From assembly GCA_964187785.1 (NCBI GenBank), contig OZ076409.1, positions 18,850,001 to 18,914,000 of the forward strand: a stretch of DNA of 64,000 nucleotides, in the 5' to 3' direction. How positions within the stretch are numbered: the first letter of the stretch is position 1; each line of letters starts with the position of its first letter. Positions 1 through 11,200 of this stretch are shown here, piece by piece. The position numbers and the translations under genes are program-made. This stretch comes from Amphiscolops sp. MND2022. Lineage: Eukaryota. The notes under the pieces were generated by a model, which worked only from the letters and a program-made list of their open reading frames with translations, was not told where the DNA came from and did no database searches.

Positions 1-142
1 CCAAAATTATCAATTTTGGCAAAAACTTTTGTTTCGTATTCTACTCAGCACCGAAAGAGCTATTTTTGCAGCCAACTAAAACATTTCACCGAAGAATCAA
101 AAATTGAACTTTGAAATTCTGAAGCCACTGTTGTTGGACTTA

Positions 143-1193
143 CACTATGGTAGCAAAAAACGACGTACAGCTGAAAATTAAATCTTATTCAGTGTGTGAA
201 GAACTTTTCATTTCCATTCTCAACCGGAAGTGAAATCAATCACTCTTGAATAAAACATTGTTTAAAATTGTCAAACCGTTGGATTCATACGTTGTTTGCA
301 AAATCGTTACACTTCGCGAAATGGGTTTATCATACAAAAGAATTAAAGGAAAAATGGGCCTTAAATCAGCGTTTCTTGAGAACGAACTCGTATGTGGCGA
401 AAAAACCTTCAGCCCGCCCAGAAAAGCTCAACGAAAAAGAGCAAAGACTAATAGTTCGAAGAAGTGGAAGAAGACCCTAAAACAACATCAGAACGAGTAA
501 AAGTACTACAAAGCTAGCTCTTTTTCAACGTCAAAAACAGTTTCTAGATGTACTTTTCGAAGAATCCTGAAGAAGTACGGAATTTTTTCTAGAAAAGCCG
601 CGAAAAAGTTCAACTTGAACAAAAAACAAAGACTGATCAGAAAACGTTGGTGCTCTAGAATGTTGAAAAAGACCCTTGATTTTTATCGAGCTTCAATTTT
701 CCACCGAAAATGGGAAAAAGTTTTGGACTTTTTTGGAAAAAAACCAGAAAGACATAAAAAAAGTTTCATCAAATCAATCACTTTCGTAGTGAACTAATAG
801 CGCTTTTGACGGTGCTCCCGATGATACACAAAAGTGAAGTTGTTCGCAATTTTCTGACACAAAAGCAATGGGAAGCGCTGGATTGGCCAGCTTACAGTCC
901 TGACCTGAATCGTATTGAAAATATTTGGGGCATTTTTTTAAAAAAAAAATTGCGAGGTCAGATTGTTACCTAGGAAAATTTAGAAGAAAATGTTTTGGAA
1001 GTGTGGAACAACATAAACCCTGAGGTTGCTCGCAACTTGTCTTCATCGTATGAGAATCGCCTAATGAAGGTAATCAAAATTCATGGAAGTTTGACGGGAT
1101 ATTGATTTATTATTTGTTTCAGCAGTTGTTTCAAGTTTTATTCTGTTCTGAGTTTTTTTTTAAATGTTGGTGTAGCTTTTTGATACCATAGTG
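143..1193 (+). mobile_element. Degenerate, internally deleted Tc1/mariner DNA transposon
   Basis: TIRs CACTATGGTAGCAAAAA (143) and TTTTTGATACCATAGTG (ends 1193), flanked by TA at 141-142 and 1194-1195; transposase remnants inside. Confidence 0.85.
246..1105 (+). pseudogene. Tc1-like transposase pseudogene (frameshifts, deletion)
   Basis: Fragments in different frames: HTH-like start (IVTLREMGLSYKRI), RPEKL, LNKKQRLIRKRWC, DGAP at 808 and the Tc1 motif DWPAYSPDLNRIENIWG at ~881-931. Confidence 0.85.
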
Positions 1194-1333
1194 TATATGT
1201 CGTGTCATTTTTGTTTACAAATTTTGAAAAAAAAATGTGTAAGTTTAGCGTGAAATTGGCCGAAAGTATCCTGACACTGCGCCGTGAAGTTATTGGTTAT
1301 TTAGCGTGCATTGCTGCGGAGACTAGCTGAGAA

Positions 1334-2040
1334 GTTGGGCGACCATTCGTCCAAAATTCCAAAAAGCGTTAATTCGTCAGAAGCGACAATTCGTCCCAAG
1401 CGACAATTCGTCCCAAGCGACAATTCGTCCCAAGCGACAATTCGTCCCAAGCGACAATTCGTCCCAAGCGACAATTCGTCCCAATTTGCAAAAAGCGACA
1501 ATTCGTCCGAAGCGACAATTCGTCCGAAGCGACAATTCGTCCGAAGCGACAATTCGTCCGAAGCGACAATTCGACTTAAATTCCAAAAAGCGACAATTCG
1601 TCCCTGGCGACAATTCGTTCCAAGCGACAATTCGTCTCAAGCGACAATTCGTCCCAATTTGCAAAAAGCGACATTTCGTCCGAAGCGACAATTCGACTTA
1701 AATTCCAAAAAGCGACAATTCGTCTCAAGCGACCATTCGTCCCAAGCGACAATTAGTCCCAATTTGCAAAAAAACGACAGTTCGTCCCAAGCGGCAGTTC
1801 GTTTCTTTTTGAAAAAGTGGCAATTCGTCTCATTTGTAAAAAGTGACAATTCGTCCCAAATTGTTTAATTGATCAGCTAATTAATAATCGTTTGGGACGA
1901 ATTGTCACTTTTGACAAATGGGACGAATTGTCGTCTTTTCAAAATGGAACGAATTGACACCTGAGACGAATTGTCGCTTTTTGGAATTTGGGACGAATTG
2001 TCGCTTGGGACGAACCGCTTATTAGGACGAATGGCCACTT
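1334..2040. repeat. Foldback/MITE-like element with inverted arms made of 17-bp units (AAGCGACAATTCGTCCC)
   Basis: Tandem units forward at 1334-1860 and reversed at 1890-2040 around the core TTTAATTGATCAGCTAATT; same family as 14251-14791. Confidence 0.8.
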
Positions 2041-2071
2041 TATGTAGCTCAGACCTAGTGTAATCACCTAC

Positions 2072-2210
2072 CGATTAGTTTTCCAGTCCATCCTTCCAGG
2101 TTGAATGCGGCTAGGAGAGCAGTGAGAAGAACGACACAGAGAAAGTAGCAGAAATAGTCCCACAGAAACACCGACAACCAGTATGTCAGCACGTTCACTC
2201 CACTCACCAT
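2072..2210 (-). CDS. ABCA exon (TMD2: [19 protein letters not shown]...GKLIG)
   Basis: Acceptor ttttcgcag, donor gtaggt; phase 0 to 1. Confidence 0.9.
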
Positions 2211-5200
2211 CTGCGAAAAGGTTGAAAGTACCATCTATAATAGTTACTGTTTAGCATGAGTGATTACCAGTAATTACCCTGGTCGATCTGGTATCTACTT
2301 CCAGCGAGAATCCTACACAATTTCAAAAAAATTGCATATTTTCTGCATGAATTTTGACACGAAGACACGAAAGACTTTTGGATGACCACCAAGGATTAAA
2401 AAGTAGTAACTTGAATGAAACATAGCTCAAAAATAAACATCGTATTGTATGTAGACTTGCATAATTTTACTTTTTTCCCATAATTTTTAATGAAGCTAAG
2501 TTTCTAGAAACGTTGCAATAAGTAAAAGGCCAGCGCCTTCGATTGAAACATTCAGTTGGAGGAAATTACTTCCTTTATTGTTGATGTTCCAAACATTTAT
2601 CATTTGGCTAATCAGCACATAAATCCTTGGAAAAAAAAACATTTGAGCTCGAATTGAGTGTGACACATTCGGCTGAAAAACTTGGACTTTGAACAATTCT
2701 AGAACAACAAAAAAGATTCCTCAAAATATTTTATTTTCTGCAAAGATCATAAATTTTTTGTGTTGAAAATGGTTTTGGGATGAACATATTTAAGATTGAA
2801 ATCATTTATTCCTGATGACTACTAAAACATAATGTCTGCCCCTTCCATTATTCGAATTACTTTCAACAAACGGTATTTTTTTCAAACCTTACCAATAATT
2901 CTGCAAAATTTTGATAGATATTTACTGAACGCTCAACAATATCAACGCACTTAAGTTTACGTAAGAGCCTAGCCTTACACTAGCTGTACTATAAACATAA
3001 TTTTTTAACTATTAAATTCAGTGATGCTAAAAAGAAAAAAGCTTCTGTAACGGCAAGCTCTGGTACAGCAATATCAACCGATTTTGCAACTTTGACATGT
3101 TCAGAAATTTTGTCAAAAATTCTAATCCGATGTGTGACGTGGCACTGAGCATGTGATTGCTCTTTTCGCTGTTTCCACGAAATTGGCAGGTACTTCGACA
3201 ACAAAGAGCAAGAACGAGCAAAAACACGGGCGCGCCGCCATGACAGAAGCCAGAGACGGCAAGAACATCCGAAAATAGACTCTTTTTGAGGTGCTAACAC
3301 CGGTTTTATCGATTTTCAGCATTATGCTACCCTATGTAGCGGAAACCGTAAAAATGAGTCTTTTCGCCTAAAGATCCTTGTTTGGTGCTTGGAGCCCCTG
3401 CGCCCCAGCTTTTTAGCTGTGTGGTTTGCCATATTCGTGCCTGTTTTCATGTATTTTCAGTGATTTTGGCTGTATTCAGTAGCGCTAGCGCTAGTTTAGA
3501 TCTTATTCCCCAATTTTAGATCTTCTTCACCGTTTCTGTGTCTTCACCGGACTGTCTCTGAGCTAGGGTCGGGTCATCGATTCCTGAACCCTAGCCAAAA
3601 AGTGGTTGCATTTTCGTAACTACCACCAAAATTAACGTTAGTGCCGAAAATTTGGTGAGCGTATCGGTCACCAAAGTCGAGAAAAGCTCTCTGACGTTTC
3701 GACTTCAGAGAAGCGTCAGAGGACCGAAAAAATCCAAAACTGCAGGACTGTCAGTGCCTTATACCAAACGGGCACAACCAATTGAGGGTTTATCCCAGTG
3801 CTACGGATAGTGGGGCAACACGTTGGTCCCATTTTGCCCGCCGTATCACTTTCTGAGGTGATCCTCTTGGTCAATTTGTGAAAAAAGTTGTCAAAAACAG
3901 TGTTTTTTCGCGTGTAACGTCCATAAGAAGTCGAAACCTCAAATAAGCGCTCGCGCTTCAACTCGACCATATCAGTGGCATTGTAGGTGCCCACTTGCAT
4001 AAACTACCAAGTTTGGTGCCGATCTGTGTGATACTTGTTGAGAAAATAGGAAAAACGTGGCACCCAAAAAAGTGCGCAAAAAGGCAGTTTTTTCTCAATT
4101 TTTCCAAGTAACCCGGGCACCTTAGCCGACGGGTGGGGCTATATTGCAGCCCACCATCGTAACCTGTGCTAGTCCCTGCGTTGCTGCAGAAAATTTGAGC
4201 TTGCTAGCTCTTGCCAGTGGACCGCAATCTTGAAAAAGACGTTAGAAACAGTGCATTTCGGTACATAGTGATACCTCACGTCTGTACCTAGGTGAAACTG
4301 TGTAGAAGGGGCGCAGCTCAAAACTGTTCATTTTCGTAAACCTACGTGTACCTAAGATCTGCTGGTCAATTTTGGGCTTGATACAGCGCTTCCAGCGCAC
4401 ACACGAGTCTCTTGAGTGTTGTGGTGCGATTTTTGGAAAATCCAAAAATTCTTTGAAATTCTTCCTGTGGGTGACTGGAGACTTTTTGCCCTAAACCAGG
4501 TTGATTTTCTGGCCCAATGTGCTTGTGGGAAAGCGCTGTGCAAATTTGAACAGCCTACGAGCCTTAGAACGTGTTTTGAAAAATCTTGGACGTTGAAAAA
4601 CATCAATTTTCTTAAGTCCTCACCGAGACGAGCAGAGGGCCAAATCCTTGAGGAGACCCCCTGAAGCCTACAAGCGTCTGTTTTACTATTCTAACAGCGT
4701 GGTTGGTGCCTACTGACAGCGTCTGCCAAGTTTGGTGTCAATTGCTACTATATCTGTTGAGAAATTGACTAAAACAAACTGCACAAGAAGGTGCGAAAGA
4801 AGGCGAATTCTACGAAGTCTTGTGGGATTGCCTGAACACCTTATTCAAAGAGTGGGGCCAAATTGCTGCCCACTATCGTAACCAGTGCAAACTTATCGTA
4901 TTGTTGCCGAAAAAACGAGCGTGAGCGCTGTTTGCAGTTGGCCAGAATCTGGGTTGACACGTGAAAAACAGTACATCTTGGAACACGGTGATACCGAAAG
5001 TCTCTACTGTGTTGAACCTTCACCTAGTCACCTCAGCACAAATCAGCTATTATTCCCGTGTATCTCATTTTACGTGGGATTGTGTGGTTGATTTTGAAGC
5101 CGATCCTGCGTTTCTAGCGTTAGCTCTAGCCTCTGGAGTTTTTTTAAAGTGGAGCTGAAAAACCCAAAAAATATCTGCAAAACCTCTGACCTGTGACTGG

Positions 5201-8200
5201 ATCCTAATACCTCGATTCTGGACTCATTTTTAGGTCAGTACATCAATCCAGAAGTGCTGTACACGTTTCAGCACACTGCGACCCTTGGAACTTATTTCGA
5301 CGCTTCTCGGACGTGCATATTCATTGTGTCAGAGGTCTCACCGAGACGAAAACTGGGGAAGTGAGAAAAAAGTCATTTCTACGTGTTGGAAACCTGTGGA
5401 AACCCCTAGTTTGAATTCCCAGTAGTTCGTTCATTGCTGTGCGTGTGATATTTGATCAGTATCGAGTGGGCTGCCTTGCTGGATTATAGCATTTTGTTAC
5501 TTGAAGTCGTGATATCCTGTGTATCGTAACGAATTAGATCATTTTTTGGAACTGTCGGCGCACCTTATTGGAAAGTTGGGATAACATTGCCCTGGACTAT
5601 TCCTATTAGTGTCAGTTGGTGCACTGTTGCTGGAAAAAGTGAGCTCGAGAGCTCAGCACTGTGGACGAGAGTCTTTGATTGCATGTGAAAAATCATGTCA
5701 ACCGAAACACGGTGATACGGAACGTCAGTATCAGATCTAAATCTTGCCCAGTGCTCTGAATTCTCATTGGTTGTTACTGTAGTGTAGCTGGCTATACGTG
5801 TGGTTGCGTGACCAATTTTGAGCCCGATACCACGTTTCCAGCACTAGTAAAAGCCATTTGAGTAATTTTCGAAAAAAAGTTGAAAAATCCAAAAATCGTT
5901 GAAAAAGGCTCTAGCTTGGAGCTGGAGGCAATTATCAGCTACGGAAGAACATTTTGCTGACTTGTGTAGCTGACGAAACGTGCTGTGTCATTTTTTACCC
6001 AGTACGATTGGTAAAACTGAATTTGACTTTGTTCAGACACACGTTTTGAACGAAAATCGCGAAAACGCCAGAAAAACTATCAGTGTAAATCTTCAATACT
6101 TCCACTGTACGGAAGGCAGACCCAAAAAGCCTTCTTTTTCCAACGGAAGGGATCCAGTAGACCTTCCTGGGTGCAAACGAGGCAAATCCCACGGTTCAAA
6201 AAAATTGCCGGCAGGGGTCATAAATTATGGACTCCTCTAGGACTTCGAAATTAGGTCCCGAACAGTTCAAGTCAGCAGTGTTGCGTGCCTGGGACGCACT
6301 CTCGACTACGGGACTCTGGATGGATGAGATATCAGACTTTTTGGAACAAAGCACGCTTTGCAGGGAGAAACTTTGCTAGCACAAATGCAGATCAATATTT
6401 CAGACGCCGTCGAATCAGAACCATTGACACCGCCAACAAAAGACATGGGGGTGGACCCAACATCTTTGGACACCACAACCATATGTATTGCTTTGTGTAT
6501 CGCTGAGACTTTGGCTGAAGATCACGCCGATGATAATGGGTTGCGCGAGCGCAACCACCACTCAAGTGATACGAAGAATGAACGAATATCAATCTCACCC
6601 TCCACTTCCTTATCGCAAGATTCTGTAAGCAATTCTCACTTCCCTGGAACAAAGTCCCTTATATCAACTACGAAGTTGCTACCGAGTTTGCTGAAAGACT
6701 CCTTTGAGCCACATTCTGCTGAACGTGGGCTACAGGATTTTATTCAGGTGGACCCGCCAGTCTTTATCAATTGGTTGCCTGGTGGTTCAGCTAAAACTCG
6801 ACCAACTGGTCATAGACGTGGTCGACCACCCCGCACAGACTGTGAGCACTCATGGAAAAAAATTTTGTTGTCCCTTTACGATGGACGTCGCCGTGGCCGT
6901 CCACCACGCCAAGTTCTACCATGGTCGCTTCGACCGAAGGGACATAGGCGTGGCCGTCCTCCGAACAACTATTCCAGTCTTGAGACAGACCCAGTCTCCA
7001 AGATTTTCTTTATCGAATTTCCTGATGCTTCATGCTTGTTGCATGTCCTGCTGCTATTGGATGGTGATGTCTACCCAGTCCGAACCACACTCCACTTCTT
7101 TTCAAGGGGGAGGAGGTGTCGTCAACGCTTAATGTTTACTGCTGCATTTTTATGTCAGGCATTCAATTTTGTCCATTCCTCACTATCCTTATGTGAAAGA
7201 GGGTGCTCAACTACTAAGGCCCGGGGAGTCAACTAAGGCCCGGGGAGCCTCAGTTGAAGACAAACACCCCTACACTCATCAACTCAATTGGATAACGCCC
7301 GGAGGATATCACTACGTTTGGTAATGGATACCTTGCAGCGTGATGTTCTTGTTGGAGCAGTTTTTTTCTGCAACTTTGTTTCGTAATTTTAGTAGTCATT
7401 TAAACGTACGTCGCGACATTTTTGTTTTAGTTTTATTTGAGATGTTTGAATTCAAATACTTCTGTTAATTCAATAAATAACCCAAAAACTCTACATGTAT
7501 TGCTACGCCCGAAAGGTGCTATTTTTGTTTTTTTTTTTCAAGATTTGTAGAGTTTCCTCCAGATTCCAATGTGATATCCGGAGAAATAAGGAGCGCGCGC
7601 GCTCCTGATCTGCAAATGGTTACTTTTGATCTACCTTTGTCTGCTTTACTCCAGTGCTTACTCTTACGAGCAGTTCGTAGTTTGCTTCTGATGCGCTCCT
7701 TGACAGATGCTACTGAACTCTATACAGATGGGGAGCTGCACATCAGTGCGTGTTGCCCAAACCAAGTCGAACTGTGAAAAAAGTATCTACGAAACAGCTT
7801 GTTTTCCTTTTAAACAGTAGTTTTACTGCTGAAAAGAAGTTTTAGCGAAAAGAACTTTTAACTGTGCTGCAGACTGAACTTTTATTGCCGTGGAAAAGAT
7901 GTTTTGCTGAGAACCAAGTGCACTTTAGAGCGTGAGCGCTCCGTAAAAGAATCTTTAGACGTCCAAAAACCAAAGTGCTAGCAGTATCCTATTCAGACTT
8001 TTGCAGAAAACTCGTGCTAAAAAAGTGGTGCTTTTCATTGATGTATGGAATCATAGATTTGATCAGTTTCAAGGTGCATTTTTGAGTACTGGTTTTCTAG
8101 CTCTCGAGCTAGCTCTGTTTCAACAGTTTCTGGACGATGCAGGTTCTCTGGATGGCAAGAAGCAAGACCTCATGGTTGCCCAATCAGCAAAAGATGACAG

Positions 8201-11200
8201 TGCCACTGGACCGTTGCAACATCACCAGCTTGAGACCCCCATGGATTGCACTCATGATGTGGCGATGTATTCAATGCCAGCCTCTCCGCATGACAGGGAC
8301 GTCATGCATAAAGCCCGGGGAGTGATGTAACGGCAAGCTCTGGTACAGCAATATCAACCGATTTTGCAACTTTGACATGTTCAGAAATTTTGTCAAAAAT
8401 TCTAATCCGATGTGTGACGTGGCACTGAGCATGTGATCGCTCTTTTCGCTGTTTCCACGAAATTGGCAGGTACTTCGACAACAAAGAGCAAGAACGAGCA
8501 AAAACACGGGCGCGCGGCCATGACAGAAGCCAGAGACGGCAAGAACATCCGAAAATAGACTCTTTTTGAGGTGCTAACACCGGTTTTATCGATTTTCAGC
8601 ATTATGCTACCCTATGTAGCGGAAACCGTAAAAATGAGTCTTTTCGCCTAAAGATCCTTGTTTGGTGCTTGGAGCCCCTGCGCCCCAGCTTTTTAGCTGT
8701 GTGGTTTGCCATATTCGTGCCTGTTTTCATGTATTTTCAGTGATTTTGGCTGTATTCAGTAGCGCTAGCGCTAGTTTAGATCTTATTCCCCAATTTTAGA
8801 TCTTCTTCACATGTCACCCTGGAACTGGAAATTTACTAAAATAGGTAGTACCTTATTCTTGGCATTGTTTTTATATGCTAGTTAAGCGGTGGTCTTTAGA
8901 GAGCCAGAAACATGCCCGTTACTATTAGCAATCAAAGACTAGGACCGGTTGGACAGTATTCGTCGAAGCACCCACGGCCCCGGGACGTATTTCACCCCTG
9001 GAGGCAAAATGGATCTGTGGCGATGGGCGCCTGTCCCGAGCGAATCATCCATTCCTGCAGGTTCCTCCACCTCTGTTAACGTGTTAAGCGACTGATAACA
9101 GCTTGCCGTTACATTCTCTTCATATTTTGAAATATTGAAGTGTAAACGGTACGATTAAATAGTACGACCAAATTTTCAACCTCAAACAAAATTATCAAAA
9201 ACTGAGCTGTTATTGACAAATTTGTTGTGGCACGATAAAGAATCAACTCGCATGGAAAGGACTCATATTCATTTTTTTCCGGAAACATGAAACTCTACAG
9301 ACAGCAGGAATAACAGCTCTTTAGCTTTTACAGCTCCCAGAAAAGTTCTTTGGCCTTCTCAAGCTTCGAACATTCCCCGCTTGTTCATGTTTTAATCTTC
9401 GAACTTTCATGTTGATTTTATGCTCAATTAACATTTCTGCTTTAACTCTAGTTGATTGAGAGATTTTGGAAATACAATTGGAATGAAACAATCTTTCTAA
9501 AACATTATTATCGCTTTTTGTTTTCCACTTTTGACTTCAGAAAAAAACAAGTACATATGTCTTATGAACCTAGTCCCGAACAGAATAGCATTTTTGAACC
9601 TTTGTAACTAAATGATGAACTTCTTGACTTCATGTGAAAACATTTTCATCAGTTTTACGTGATGATCAATTATAATGGCCAACCAAATATTCTGTGACCG
9701 CCCAAAATTACCGAAACACAACAAGGATATTTTTACAAGAAGGATATTTTTGCTACTCAAAGAGTGGCATTTGATCTTGACTCGAGACACGATACTTGCC
9801 TGTATGTGTTTAGCCTTGACTTCTTTTTCCTTGATGAGGAAAACGCCGAAACTGGCAGCAAGAAAACCAATACCGACCCCAACACAATAGAAAGACAGGA
9901 GAAAGCCACTGAGAGAACTAAAACAAAAGACATTTATACTTCCCATATACTTTTTCCGACGAAATATCAGAAACAGTATTCATATGACATCAGTTAGATG
10001 GATCCAATTACCTTTCGATTTCTCTGAAAAAAAAACAAATCAATTTTCATAACTCATAAATGCTTGTATCTGCGATGTTTAACGTAACCAGCTGCCTTTT
10101 AGGAGGTAACTAACAGAAAGGGTTATTATTGTTTGAACTCATTTTGGACTTCCTGTTTTTTTTCAAGAAGGCACGCTTGATTGAGAGAAATGAAAAAGAC
10201 CTTGGAATAATCTTGCAAGAATTTTAGCAAGATCTTTTAGACGATGCATCACTTTTCCAAGTTTCTTTCAAGATAGGTCTCAACTAGAAAGATTCTTCCA
10301 AAACATTTTGTTATCCTAAAGAGGAGGATCTTGTTAAATTTATACACAAAATTTCTTCATTCATGTGTGAAAAAAAGTATCCCAGTTGTTAATTCTGATG
10401 TTTTCCCAGTTGAATTTCTGAAAAGAATGAAACCAGTTAAGACATACCCCTGATCGGCAGCCTCTGCCTGTTGTTCCAGAGTCCTAGTGAGGGGGTGATT
10501 GACCACAGTCACTTGTGTGCCTTGTCCACTGGTCCAGAAATCATTCAGAGCATTCAGCAGAGCCTGCAGAGCCAGAGGGGCACTGTGCAGGGGTTGGCCG
10601 TTGAACCAGGCTGTGAACTTATTCATGCCATCTTCTTGCGTGAATGACGCGCCTGTGGAACACACAAAGTGGTAAACAAGACGCCCGATAAGCACCAGGA
10701 TATGTTCCGCTAAAAATGTAACGCATCATCACGGGTTCGAACCCACGACCTCGTGTCTGCCTGGCAGACGCACTACCAACTGCACCATTGTGACTAAATT
10801 TTACTAAATGAAGTAATAAAGTGGAGTTTTGGCAGAATTTGGAAAAAAAACCGCAACACAGATTATGATTTTCCTCCCCCATTATATGTGGGCGGAAAAT
10901 AATAAGGGTCAATATTTTTATGCGAAACTGTAGTTGAAGAGGAGTTTCACTGGAGGCAAGTATGATATTTTTGAAAACAACCCTCCTGTTCCTGAAAGGG
11001 ATATTCTTTCAAAATAAGATTGAATGGTCGTAGTAACTAAACTGAGGATTCATTTCAACTGCTCTCCGAATTAGAAAGCACCATATATTAACCCCAATTA
11101 ACCTAGCAATGCTTTAAAGCAGCCTACTGCGTCAACTTCTGTATCAATTTATCAGTAGCCAAAATTCTTCAGCCCAGATTATATTTCACATTTTTGTGGT

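Larger units (their letters stand above)
3046..9113 (+). mobile_element. Non-autonomous LTR retrotransposon related to the giant element; 5' LTR truncated
   Basis: 3046-3530 matches 8326-8810 (2 mismatches seen); the full 3' LTR ends AGCTTGCCGTTACA; leader 3537-4300 is homologous to 44142-44900; the PPT-side motif GACAGGGACGTCA...CCCGGGGAGTGA is shared with the giant element; no RT or IN ORF. Confidence 0.85.

Noticed and set aside
1301..1868. Many overlapping ORFs (up to 185 aa) on both strands
   Set aside because: Translation artefacts of the 17-bp tandem repeat.
10723..10795. Functional tRNA gene
   Set aside because: Acceptor and anticodon stems do not form properly, and it is embedded in a repeat.
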